This document shows positions 28,298 to 37,521 of a stretch of 64,000 bases of DNA, in pieces. How positions within the stretch are numbered: position 1 is the stretch's first letter; the number at the start of each line of letters is the position of its first letter. The notes below the pieces were generated by a model that was given only the letters and a program-made list of their open reading frames with translations, was not told the DNA's origin and searched no databases. The position numbers and the translations under genes are program-made. Origin of the DNA: a virus; IMG/VR virus record IMGVR_UViG_3300046514_000687, positions 47,031 through 111,030 of that record. The stretch is one strand, 5' to 3'.

Positions 28298-29146
28298 ATG
28301 GACAGGCCGCCACGGCGTTCTCGCTCCCGCGCCACCGCCCTCGCAGACCCCTTCGAGAAGCTCCACGAACTCCCCGGCAAGACCAAGCGCGACGGCACTC
28401 CCCTCAGCTACCTCAGCGGCGCCCAGGTCGTCCAGCGCCTCAACCGCGTCCTCGGGTTCGACCGCTGGTCCTTCGAGATCATGGAGACGCGCGTCGACCA
28501 GGCTGCCGACGAGATCGTCGTGCGCGGGCGGCTGACCGTCTACTGCGGCCGGCGCACCGTCGTCCGCGAGCAGTTCGGCAGCCAGCGCCACAACCGCCTG
28601 CGGCAGGACCAGAGCATCATCGATTCGGGGTTCGACCACAAGGGCGCTGCCACGGACGCGCTGAAGAAGTGCGCCACGCTGGTCGGCGTCGGCCTATACC
28701 TCTACGGCGCCGAAGCCGACGAGCGCCCGCCGGACTGGGACGCCGCCGAGTGGGAGACGCAAACCACCAGCCACGCCCGCCCCGCCCCGCCCGCACGCCC
28801 CGCCGGCGGGTCGCCCCCACAGCGTCAGCAGCCTGCCAGCAGCCCACCAGCAGCCAGCCAGGCGCCCCCGCCCGGCGAGCCGACCGACCGCGAGCGCGAG
28901 GCCGCCAGGAAGGCCGCCCAGGCAGTGTACATCTGGGCCAGCAAGTACCAGGGGCTCCAGAAGCCGCGCGTGATGGCCATCCTGGACCTGGAGCCCGACG
29001 ACCACCTGCACCTGTTCATGCTCCAGCACGGCTACGGCGCCCAGCACGTCATCGCCGCGCTCCAGCAGCAGGCCGACTTCGGGCGCATCGACTGGCCCGC
29101 CATCGTCGCGGACCTGGGCGCGGGCTACCTGCGCCGCGTGCAGTAG
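28298..29146 (+). CDS. Rad52/Rad22-family single-strand annealing protein (Sak-like)
   Basis: YLSGAQVVQRLNRVLGFDRWSFE...KGAATDALKKCATLVGVGLYLY. Confidence 0.88.
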   Translation: MDRPPRRSRSRATALADPFEKLHELPGKTKRDGTPLSYLSGAQVVQRLNRVLGFDRWSFEIMETRVDQAADEIVVRGRLTVYCGRRTVVREQFGSQRHNRLRQDQSIIDSGFDHKGAATDALKKCATLVGVGLYLYGAEADERPPDWDAAEWETQTTSHARPAPPARPAGGSPPQRQQPASSPPAASQAPPPGEPTDREREAARKAAQAVYIWASKYQGLQKPRVMAILDLEPDDHLHLFMLQHGYGAQHVIAALQQQADFGRIDWPAIVADLGAGYLRRVQ

Positions 29147-29155
29147 GGAGCTGCC

Positions 29156-29383
29156 GTGAAGCAGTGGGAGATCCTCACCGGCGTCGACCGCGAGACTGAG
29201 CAGGGCGTGGTCCAGCTCATCGTCAGCGGGGTGCCGAGTCGCCCGGACTACCTGCGCCTGACGCCGGAGGATGCGTCGGCGCTGGGAATGGAGCTGATGC
29301 GCGCGGCCGCCTACGCGAAAGCCTCCGGGGGCGGGCAACCCCCGGAGGCTGAGCCAGCGGCCGACATGGAGCCGACCGCGTGA
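29156..29383 (+). CDS. hypothetical protein
   Basis: LRLTPEDASALG pattern, RBS. Confidence 0.55.
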   Translation: MKQWEILTGVDRETEQGVVQLIVSGVPSRPDYLRLTPEDASALGMELMRAAAYAKASGGGQPPEAEPAADMEPTA

Positions 29384-29401
29384 TCGCTAGGGATCAGGCC
29401 A

Positions 29402-29420
29402 GGTAACTCCACGAGGTATC
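29402..29420. promoter_or_regulatory. degenerate box GGTAAC-N7-GGTATC upstream of replication gene
   Basis: Same 7-nt spacing as P1-P12, one mismatch per half. Confidence 0.45.
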
Positions 29421-29511
29421 TGACCCTAGCATGGAGTCTCGCAACCCCGCCCTATTCTAGCACGGATGGGCGCGGGGTACACCATTGCCGTGCTAGAAAG
29501 GGGTTGAGATT

Positions 29512-30537
29512 GTGGTGCAACTTCGTGAAGAGCCGACGGCCTACCAGACTCAGTGGTACGCCAAAGCCTACCCCAACGGCCCGATGGCTGACCCTCGTCT
29601 CGGCAGCGCCTACCGCCTCTACATGCGCCTGCTGGTCTACGCAGACGACAAGCTGACCTGCTACCCGAGTCCGGGTCAGCTTGCCGTCGACCTCCACATC
29701 AGCCGCCAGGCCGTTGCCAAGCACCTGGGCGTGCTGGAGCGGTACGGCTACGTAGTGGCCTACCGAACATCCAAGCGCGGCGCGTCCGGCAAGCACGGGC
29801 TGACCCCAACCACCTACCGCCTAAGTCCGCCAGACCGTAACCTTGCCCCGCCCGACGCCGCTGCCGCCGGTGCCCGGACCGGCAACCCAGGGTTGCCGGA
29901 TCAGCCCTCCACCCCAGCAACCCAGGGTTGCAAGGGTAGCAACCCCAGGTTGCCGGATCCGGCAACCCCAGGTTGCGAAACCGGCAACCCAGGGTTACAC
30001 AAACTAACCCAGGTAACTAACCCATCAAAACTAACCCAGTTAACCAACCCACCGGAAGCGGCTGCGCCGCCGGAGTCGGCGCCCGACGCTGTGGCTGAAG
30101 TCTGGGCCCACTTCAAGGCTAAGATCCAGCCGAAGGCGCGGATCTGCCCCACTAAGAAGATCCGTGCTCGCCTAAAGACGTTCTCGGTCGAAGACCTCAA
30201 GATCGGCATCGACCACCTGGCGGCCGACTGGTGGTGGATGAGGCGGGGGCCCCCAAGCGACCCTGGGTGCAGTCACATGGGGAGCGACCTCGTATTCCGA
30301 GACGATGCTCACAGTGAGCGGTGGTTGATTATGGAGCCCCGCGCGCCGTGGAAAACTGCGAACGGTAGCAGCGGCCACGGCTCCCGGCAGGTCTCCAGGC
30401 AAGGCTACGGCCTGGTGGAAGCCGGAGTCCAGGCCATCCTCGCCGGCGAGGCGCTGGGACCAACGGACTTCGCCTTGCCGGCAGATTGGGAGGCGGTGCA
30501 GGCCGAAGTGGTCCGGCGCCGGACCGCCCAGCACTAG
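29512..30537 (+). CDS. phage replication initiator (N-terminal wHTH, internal iterons)
   Basis: CYPSPGQLAVDLHISRQAVAKHLGVLERYGYV; directly upstream of DnaC-like gene. Confidence 0.85.
   Translation: MVQLREEPTAYQTQWYAKAYPNGPMADPRLGSAYRLYMRLLVYADDKLTCYPSPGQLAVDLHISRQAVAKHLGVLERYGYVVAYRTSKRGASGKHGLTPTTYRLSPPDRNLAPPDAAAAGARTGNPGLPDQPSTPATQGCKGSNPRLPDPATPGCETGNPGLHKLTQVTNPSKLTQLTNPPEAAAPPESAPDAVAEVWAHFKAKIQPKARICPTKKIRARLKTFSVEDLKIGIDHLAADWWWMRRGPPSDPGCSHMGSDLVFRDDAHSERWLIMEPRAPWKTANGSSGHGSRQVSRQGYGLVEAGVQAILAGEALGPTDFALPADWEAVQAEVVRRRTAQH
29882..30051. repeat. probable replication origin: five GCAACCC(A/C)(G/A)GGTT(G/A)C iterons plus AT-rich AACTAACCCA repeats
   Basis: Iterons at 29882, 29917, 29939, 29962, 29984; AACTAACCCA-like units 30002-30051. 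Confidence 0.8.
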
Positions 30538-30540
30538 CGC

Positions 30541-31587
30541 GTGGAGGTAGTGATGGACAACTACAACCAGCTTGGTGATACGTGCCAGGACCTGCTGGAC
30601 CACCTGCTGGACACAGCAGAAGACGATACGGAGCGCGCAGAACTCCAGCGGCGTTTCGACGAGGCGGCCGAGGCGCAGCGCCAGCGCAACGTCTGGTGGG
30701 AAACCCACCGCAACCCGCCGACTCTCGACGGGCGCGTCCGGCGCCCGGTGTATCGCACGCCGGGTCCGGTCCCGACGGATGCGCCCGCTTACGGCCCGCC
30801 GCACGACTGGGGCCACGACGGGACTGAGCTGTGGGACCGCTACCCGGACCTCGACGGCAGCGTGCGCTGGGTGCGCCACCCGGCCAACGCCTACCGCTGC
30901 CTGGTCTGCCGCGACACGCGGTACGTGCGCCACGACGCGCCGATGGGCAGCCCCGAGTACGGCCTGGCGTTTCTCTGCCGCTGCCAGACGGAGAACGCTC
31001 CTGCGCCTCCCACACCGGCGCAGACCCGGTTCATCAACGCGGGGCTGCGGCCCGAACTCGCGCGCTGCACGCTGGAAAACTTCCTGCGGCGCGACGGCAC
31101 GAGCCTCGCGCTGAATGCCGTCTATGCGCTCTGCACGGCCCACCGCACCGGCGGAGAGACTCCTCGCTGGCTCATCCTCTACGGCGACACCGGCACCGGC
31201 AAGACTCACCTACTCATCGCGGCACTCCAGGAGATGCTAGCGCGCGAGGAGGGCGCCGCCACAACCGCGACAAAGTTCCTGGAGGCCTGTAAGGCAGACC
31301 AGTTCGCTTACGAGGGGCAGATCACTCAGCAGGTCATCGACGCTCGCATCTTGCTACTCGACGAGGTAGGGACGCAGAGCAGCGGAGACTGGGGGACGGG
31401 AAAGCTCGAGTACGTCCTGAACGAGCGCTACGAGCAGCGAGCCTGGACACTGCTCGGCATGACGATGGCTCGTGACCAGCTGGATGCCTGGTCTGCTCGC
31501 CTGGCCTCCCGCTTCGCAGACCGCCGCCTGGCCGTGTCGGCCACCCTGACCTGCACGGACTACCGCCGAGAACGGGGAGCGTCCTGA
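30541..31587 (+). CDS. DnaC/IstB-like AAA+ helicase loader
   Basis: CLVC..CRC Zn motif, Walker A GDTGTGKT, Walker B LLLDEVG. Confidence 0.88.
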   Translation: MEVVMDNYNQLGDTCQDLLDHLLDTAEDDTERAELQRRFDEAAEAQRQRNVWWETHRNPPTLDGRVRRPVYRTPGPVPTDAPAYGPPHDWGHDGTELWDRYPDLDGSVRWVRHPANAYRCLVCRDTRYVRHDAPMGSPEYGLAFLCRCQTENAPAPPTPAQTRFINAGLRPELARCTLENFLRRDGTSLALNAVYALCTAHRTGGETPRWLILYGDTGTGKTHLLIAALQEMLAREEGAATTATKFLEACKADQFAYEGQITQQVIDARILLLDEVGTQSSGDWGTGKLEYVLNERYEQRAWTLLGMTMARDQLDAWSARLASRFADRRLAVSATLTCTDYRRERGAS

Positions 31588-32596
31588 TGCCACAACTTTC
31601 GTGGCGCGGTGTGAATATCCAGCCCGCCGACGCCGGCCCGCCGTCCTTCCGCGAGCAGCACCTGCCCGAGTACCGCGTGCGCCTGCTGGACGTGTACGCC
31701 GCCTGCGCCGGCTGGCCCCACGCGGCCATCACCCCGCTCTGGCCGCTCGTGACGCTAGCCAGCGAGGCGTTCGAGCACGAGAACCTGGAAGCGTGGCGCG
31801 GCACGCTGACGGAGCTAGAAACCCGTGTGGCGGCAGTACCCGCTAACCCCGCGAGTAATCCCCCCGGAGGGGCAGAGATGGCCGCCCAGGCGCAAGGAGG
31901 GGCATCTGTGGGAGCGCAGCATGAATAATAGGGCATGGACGGCTCCGGCGCCCGGCGGCTCGGCCGCGGGGAGGCACACCGATGCCCAAGCGGCTGAAGT
32001 ACCTGCGGGCCTCCGGGCTCCCCCAGAGCACGAAGCCCCGCGGTCGCTTCGCCCTGTTCTTCCACTACCCCAGCCCCACCGACTGGCTGCCGATCGACCG
32101 CGCTCAGGCCGAGAGCTGGAACATCATGCTGGTCTGGGACACCTGGCAGGCCGAGTGGCGCTGCGACTTCATCAAGCGCGGGCAGATCGTCTCCGCCCGC
32201 GGCGAGACCGTCAGCGAAGCCATCTCCGAGGCCTGGGAGCAGGTGATCGACCTGGTAGAGCACGCCCGTCGCCCCGACTCGCGCTAGGGCGGGCGGTGCT
32301 TCGTGGCTGAGCGGCCGCCCGACGCAGCCGAGACCGCGCGCCTGCACCGCCTGCTCGACGCCACCACCGCTGACGCCGAGAAGCTCGCCGACGCCCTCGC
32401 TGCCGCCTCGATCAGCGCAGTCGCGGCAGCGGCTGATCGGCACCGCCTGGCCCAGCGCGCCTACCACGACGAGCTGCTGGCGACCGCCGTCGCGCTGTGG
32501 GTCAAGCTGCACCCGTCGCTGGGGATCGGTGGCTACTGCGGCGACTGCCTGAACCTGCGCGACGCCTACGTCGCCTGGAGGGAGAACCGCCCATGA
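31587..32596 (+). other. three hypothetical ORFs (31587-31928, 31982-32287, 32303-32596)
   Basis: ORF continuity and RBSs. Confidence 0.55.
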
Positions 32597-33216
32597 TGGA
32601 GCCCTGGCCCGCCGACGCCGTCCCCGACGCCAAGGCGCATGCCGATGCCCTGAAGGTCCACGGCCAGGTGCAGCGGTACAAGCAGGCTCACGACCGCTCG
32701 CTGTTCCTGCTCGGGCGCTGGCTGTCGCTGATGCACGACTACCGCCTGCACGAGCAGCTGGGCTACCCCACCTGGGTCAGCTACCTCGCCGCGCCCGACG
32801 TGGGCATCAGCAAGACCAACGCCCAGCGGTACATGGACGTGTCCAAGACCTACCTGGAGACTACCAAGCGCAACGGAGACCTGGCGGTGCCGGGCGACCA
32901 GGTGGCGCGCATCGGCCTGATGAAGGCGGACATCATCGGCCCGGTGATTCGCGCGGACCCCGAGCGGGCCGACGACTGGGTGGCGCGCGCGGAGACGCTG
33001 ACCGTCACCGACCTGCGGCTGGCCGTGCGGGCGGAGCGCGGCGAGGTCGTAACCGCCCTGCAGGAGGCCCAGGAGGAACTGGCGCGCAAGCTGGTCGCCA
33101 TCTGCTACCACCTGAAGTCCACGCGCGACTGGCGCACCGTCTGCGACGAACTGCTGGCCGCCCTCACGACCGGCCGGGCCTACCTGGCCGAGCTAGACCC
33201 CGACCCGCTACCCTAG
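32593..33216 (+). CDS. hypothetical DNA-binding-type phage protein
   Basis: LHEQLGYPTWVSYL...ISKTNAQRYM; similar motif in 59222-59794. Confidence 0.6.
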   Translation: MMEPWPADAVPDAKAHADALKVHGQVQRYKQAHDRSLFLLGRWLSLMHDYRLHEQLGYPTWVSYLAAPDVGISKTNAQRYMDVSKTYLETTKRNGDLAVPGDQVARIGLMKADIIGPVIRADPERADDWVARAETLTVTDLRLAVRAERGEVVTALQEAQEELARKLVAICYHLKSTRDWRTVCDELLAALTTGRAYLAELDPDPLP

Positions 33217-33223
33217 TGCCAGC

Positions 33224-33282
33224 TGGACAGCGCGGCCTAGATGGGTTATAGTAGGTACCTCACGTGGGTACCTACCGAGGAG
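33224..33282 (+). promoter_or_regulatory. promoter/leader element P9 (7 nt shorter, perfect 9-bp arms)
   Basis: TGGACA-17-TATAGT overlapping GTAGGTACC-TCACGTG-GGTACCTAC. Confidence 0.85.
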
Positions 33283-33288
33283 AACCAC

Positions 33289-33849
33289 GTGGAACTACCG
33301 CCGGGGGTGCAGCCGTGGGAGTACCTCTCCGAGCCGCTCAGCGAGAAGGTCCTGCAGCGGCAGGGCCACGTCGCGCTGACGGCGCTGGGATTCGAGGTCG
33401 ACGAGCTGAGCCAGATCCACCCAGCGCTGATGTCGTTGGGCATCCCCGATACCATCGTCATGCAGCCGCGGTGCCCGATCGGCCTGGCCTTTATCGAGTG
33501 GAAGAAGCCGCGGCTGATGAAGCCGGGCGCCAAGCCCGGTACCTGGGTCGTGGCCCAGTACCAGACCTTCCGCACATACGAGCAGGAGGCGCGCCACCGC
33601 GACTGGACTCGCTGCGGCGTGCGGATCGTCACGGCCGACTCGGTCGACCTGGCGCTCGGCGCGCTGGCCTTCTGGGGTTTCGATATTCCCGCCGAGGCGG
33701 TCCGCCGGCCGTTCGATCCCGCGGACCAGGCGCGCTTCTACGACCCGAAAGCAGTCCCGCGCGCGGCCCTCCGCGCTCAGCGCCGCCAGCAGACTCGCCG
33801 CGCGCGGACCGCTGCGCAGCGCCAGTCGGCAGCCAGGAGAAGCCTATGA
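33289..33849 (+). CDS. VRR-NUC-like PD-(D/E)XK nuclease
   Basis: SEKVLQ...GIPDTIV...AFIEWK. Confidence 0.65.
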   Translation: MELPPGVQPWEYLSEPLSEKVLQRQGHVALTALGFEVDELSQIHPALMSLGIPDTIVMQPRCPIGLAFIEWKKPRLMKPGAKPGTWVVAQYQTFRTYEQEARHRDWTRCGVRIVTADSVDLALGALAFWGFDIPAEAVRRPFDPADQARFYDPKAVPRAALRAQRRQQTRRARTAAQRQSAARRSL

Positions 33850-33850
33850 G

Positions 33851-33934
33851 GTAGTGTGGCGGGGTGCGGCTTGGTGCGCCTTGGTTGGGCGGGCTTAGGT
33901 GCGGCGTGGTCCGCTAGGGCGAGGTAGGGTAGGG
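33851..33934. repeat. degenerate pentamer (NNGGY) tract, about 17 units
   Basis: gtggc ggggt gcggc ttggt ... agggc gaggt agggt. Confidence 0.7.
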
Positions 33935-33964
33935 AGTTCCGCAACCTGCGCGTGGAGGTCACTG

Positions 33965-34183
33965 ATGGCACAGGAACCAGGGACAGCCGTGGAGTATGAG
34001 TACGCCGGCCACGCCGGCTACGAGCCCGAAGTGTGTGTTGCCTTCTACCGCGTCACGGACGGCACCGCAGAGCTGACGTTTCGCTGCGGTCGCCCACGGC
34101 ACCGCTCGCCGTCCGTCCACGAGCACCCGCTGCCGGACGGCGCGCGGCTGGTGTGGCCGAACCCGCCCGCGGAGGCCCGCTGA
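33965..34183 (+). CDS. hypothetical protein
   Basis: GGAGG RBS before ATG 33965. Confidence 0.55.
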   Translation: MAQEPGTAVEYEYAGHAGYEPEVCVAFYRVTDGTAELTFRCGRPRHRSPSVHEHPLPDGARLVWPNPPAEAR

Positions 34184-34596
34184 TGGAGGCGCTCAGCGAG
34201 TTCGCTACCCTGCTGCGGCGCCACCGCGAGCGACGCGGCTGGTCCTGCAACGAGACCGCGCGCGCGGTCGGCGTCGATCCGAGCTACGTTTCGCGCCTGG
34301 AGCGCGCCGAGCGGGAGCCGCCCCGCCGGCGGGTCATCGAGGACCTGGCGCAGGCGCTCCAGCTCACGACGGCAGACCAGGATGCGCTGCTGGTCAGCGC
34401 CGGCTTCACCCCCGCCAGCGTCGCGCTGCTCGGCCGCTGGGACCCCACGCTCCAGGCCGTCGCCACCGTGCTTACCGACCGGGCGATCCCCGACGCCGAC
34501 CAGGCTCGCTTCCGCGTCGTGATCGAGGCGCTGGTGACCGAGTGGCTGGCCCGCCGCCCGGCCGCACTCACCCTGGTCCAGGCGGCGGCGGGCTGA
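34183..34596 (+). CDS. XRE-family transcriptional regulator
   Basis: FATLLRRHRERRGWSCNETARAVGVDPSYVSRLE. Confidence 0.85.
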   Translation: MEALSEFATLLRRHRERRGWSCNETARAVGVDPSYVSRLERAEREPPRRRVIEDLAQALQLTTADQDALLVSAGFTPASVALLGRWDPTLQAVATVLTDRAIPDADQARFRVVIEALVTEWLARRPAALTLVQAAAG

Positions 34597-34615
34597 TGCG
34601 CCGCGAGGAGGGCAC

Positions 34616-35149
34616 ATTAAAGGGTTGACAGTGACGCAGCCCTGGGCGACGCTCATCGCCTCGGGCATTAAAAAGACGGAAACGCGGGACTGGGGCACGG
34701 TCTACCGGGGCCCGCTCCTGATTCACGCCGCGCAGGGGTTCCCGCGTGAGGCGCAGGACCTCAGCCTGGCGGCACCCTTCCGCGGCCTGCTGCGCGCGGC
34801 CGGCTACCCAGTCACGCGCACCAAGCCGCAGCGCCCGCGCGACCTGCTGCCCCGCGGCGCCATCCTGGCCGTCGCCACACTGGCGGACTGCCAGCCGCTC
34901 CCGACGCTGGCGGCCGTGCGCGCGGCCAAGACGCGCTGGGGCCGCCAGGAGGTCGCGCTCAGCCTGCTCGCGCCGGGCCGCGTGCTGTGGATCCTCACCG
35001 ACGTGCACCCGCTGCCCGCGCCGCTGCCCTGGCGCGGGGCGCTGGGGATCTGGCCCGTGAGCCGCGCCGCGCAGGCGCAGATTGCCGAGTGGCTAGAGCA
35101 TACGGAGCTTGCCGATGGCCAACTGCCCGCCCCCGCTGCCGCCGATTAG
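34616..35149 (+). CDS. ASCH domain protein (probable ATT start)
   Basis: KGLTVTQPWATLIASGIKKTETRDW..YRGPLLIHA...GALGIW. Confidence 0.85.
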   Translation: MKGLTVTQPWATLIASGIKKTETRDWGTVYRGPLLIHAAQGFPREAQDLSLAAPFRGLLRAAGYPVTRTKPQRPRDLLPRGAILAVATLADCQPLPTLAAVRAAKTRWGRQEVALSLLAPGRVLWILTDVHPLPAPLPWRGALGIWPVSRAAQAQIAEWLEHTELADGQLPAPAAAD

Positions 35150-35713
35150 GCCCGATACGACGGTGGTCGTGGCCGGCCGCGCCGGCCACCGCGGCACCGG
35201 CGGGCGCTACCACCGCACCGAGCTGTGCTGGACGATCCACAAGGGGGCCAAACGGCGGCTGATGACCGCCTTCTTCGCGGCCGAGGCCGGTTACTACCCG
35301 TGCCCATACTGCGCCGCCGAGCCGCCCCTGTGCTGCCGCACCGGCGACCATGCCCATCACACGCTTGCGCTGCCGGTGCTGGCGCCGCCCGAGGCGCCCG
35401 ACTGGGAGCGCGAGCTAGAGCTAGCAGAGGTGGAGCCCGATGGATAACGAGCCCCTGGACCACCAGATCACGCGCCTGGCCGACTGTATCCTGACCCACT
35501 TTCCCGAGGAGCCCGGCCGCGGCGGCAGCGAGGGCGCCGTCGATGTGGCGATTCGCCTGCTGACTCGCCTGGCCGACTTCCAGGCCGCCATCCGCGGCAT
35601 CGTCGCGGAGATCCCGCCGGTGAGGAGCCGCCCGTGATCGAGGTCGCCGTCGTGGCCGTTCTGATCTTCGCCATCCTGCGGACCGCCTACGTGATCCTGC
35701 GCCGGACCCTCCC

Positions 35714-35935
35714 GTGAGGCGCCAGTTTATCGTGGCCGCCATCCTGGTTACGCTCGTACTCCTCGTCCTGATCCTGCTCCAGCGCTGGACGGACGGCGGC
35801 CAGCCCCCGCCGACGCCGACCACCATCCCGCTCGTGCCGGAGAGCGCGACCGCCGAGCTCCTCGTGCTCGGCCTGATCGCCGGCTGGGCGCTGCTGAACA
35901 TCTATGAGCAGTGGCGGAAGCGAGGCGACTCGTGA
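35714..35935 (+). CDS. tiny membrane protein with VPE-type sorting tail
   Basis: N-terminal TM, PTPT linker, LVPESATAELLVLGLIAGW..WRKR. Confidence 0.55.
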   Translation: MRRQFIVAAILVTLVLLVLILLQRWTDGGQPPPTPTTIPLVPESATAELLVLGLIAGWALLNIYEQWRKRGDS

Positions 35936-36675
35936 CTGTGCGCATCTGCACCACGACGCAGGTCCGCGCGGACCTGAACGCGCCCACGACGGAGGAGTTC
36001 CTGGCCGACCTGGGCCAGCGGACGTCCAGCCGCGAGTGGGCCGTTAGTGCAGTCAACCTGGTTACGCTCGCCGGCTGGTGGAGCATCGGCTGCCAGCACA
36101 TGCGCGACCTGGCCTGCATGCTCGCCTACGCCGACCACTACAGCCACACCGGCCGCAAGCGGAGGACGCCCGTGGACATCGACGCCCTGGTCCCGCGCTA
36201 TGTCGAGGTCATCGTGGACCTCGCTACCGCGCACGAGCACACCCGCCGCTCGGCCGCCGACCACGCGGCCGAGGACCTGCTCGGGCCGCTGCTGACCGCG
36301 CCCGTTGCTCAGATCCGCGAGTTCGCCCAGCAGCTCAGCAAGGCGCTCCGCGAGGACACGCGGGTCCCCTGGATGATCTGGTCGATGTTCGAGCGGGTGC
36401 TGGAGCCGCTGATCGTGAAGGGTGCCGACGGCGAGGTGCTCCAGCTCAAGACGGCGCTGGCCGCCGAGATCGCCGAGCTGGTGGAGGCCGGCCTGGACCG
36501 CGAGGAGCTGATCGTGGCGATGGCGGGTGCTCTGCAATGGCGCTCGCCGGAGCGGCTAGAGGCGGTCAAGAAGGGCCTGCAGAAGGGAGGGAAGGCGCGC
36601 CTCACCGGCCGCGAGTCCTGCCTGTTCCTGACCGTCACCGACGAGGCCGGCGTCGAGGAGGCGGTCGTCCTGTGA
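35932..36675 (+). CDS. hypothetical protein
   Basis: Long ORF with strong GC3 bias. Confidence 0.65.
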   Translation: MTVRICTTTQVRADLNAPTTEEFLADLGQRTSSREWAVSAVNLVTLAGWWSIGCQHMRDLACMLAYADHYSHTGRKRRTPVDIDALVPRYVEVIVDLATAHEHTRRSAADHAAEDLLGPLLTAPVAQIREFAQQLSKALREDTRVPWMIWSMFERVLEPLIVKGADGEVLQLKTALAAEIAELVEAGLDREELIVAMAGALQWRSPERLEAVKKGLQKGGKARLTGRESCLFLTVTDEAGVEEAVVL

Positions 36676-37134
36676 CCCACGAGAAGACCGGCTGGGCGCA
36701 GCCGATGCGGGGCCGCGTGTTCCACTACTTCGCGAACCGGCGCTCGGTCTGCCGCGCCCGGCACTACCACTACGGGCCGTTCCTGACGGCCAAGCCCCCC
36801 AACCGCTGCTGCCACGCCTGCACCGTAACCACGCTGAAGCAGATTCTCGCCGCGCAGGAAAGGAGCTAGCCATGTCCGAATCCGGCCCGCTTATGCCGCC
36901 CTCCGAGGAGGAACTCGCTGCCGCCACGTCGCGCCTCGCCGTCGCCAAGGACCGCCTGGACGTGGAGGAGCAGGCCGCCAAGATCGCCCTCCAGCGCCGC
37001 ACCGACGCCCGCGCCGAGATGAAGAACGCCGTGGCCTCGTGGCGCGAGATGCGCCGCCAGATGAACATCGTCGAGCAGTTCTCCTTGGACCTCGACATCG
37101 CCGCCGCCGAGGCGGACGACTCCGGGGCTGACGA

Positions 37135-37521
37135 ATGAGCGCGCTGCTGGGGCTCCTGCTCCTGCTCGGGCAGGTCGTGCCGGATGCCGACGCGGTGCAG
37201 CAGATGATCATGCAGGCCGCGGTCCGGCACGGGGCGCAGGTCGCGCGCCTGCTCGCCGTGGCCGAGTGCGAGACGGGCCGCTCCTGGGATCCCTACCGCG
37301 TCGGACGCTACGGCGAGCGCGGCGTCGGCCAGTGGCACCCGGCGCGGTCGGCGGCCTGGCGCATGACCAGCTACGCCGAGCGCGACATCTGGATCACTGA
37401 CCTCTACCGCGACGGGGCCAGCAACGCCACCTGGATCGACATCGACGGGCTGGCCGAGGTCTACGCCACCCAGCCGGAGCCCGTGCTCCGCAACGAGTGG
37501 ACCTGCTGGAGACCGCTGTGA
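37135..37521 (+). CDS. putative lytic transglycosylase-like protein with signal peptide
   Basis: LLAVAECET and GERGVGQW resemble SLT/Rpf motifs I and II. Confidence 0.5.
   Translation: MSALLGLLLLLGQVVPDADAVQQMIMQAAVRHGAQVARLLAVAECETGRSWDPYRVGRYGERGVGQWHPARSAAWRMTSYAERDIWITDLYRDGASNATWIDIDGLAEVYATQPEPVLRNEWTCWRPL

Noticed and set aside
33241-33288. ORF-track starts or extensions translating the promoter element (MGYSRYL..., ...VPTLDYN on the minus strand)
   Set aside because: These peptides recur only because they translate the conserved non-coding motif; true starts follow the GGAGG RBS
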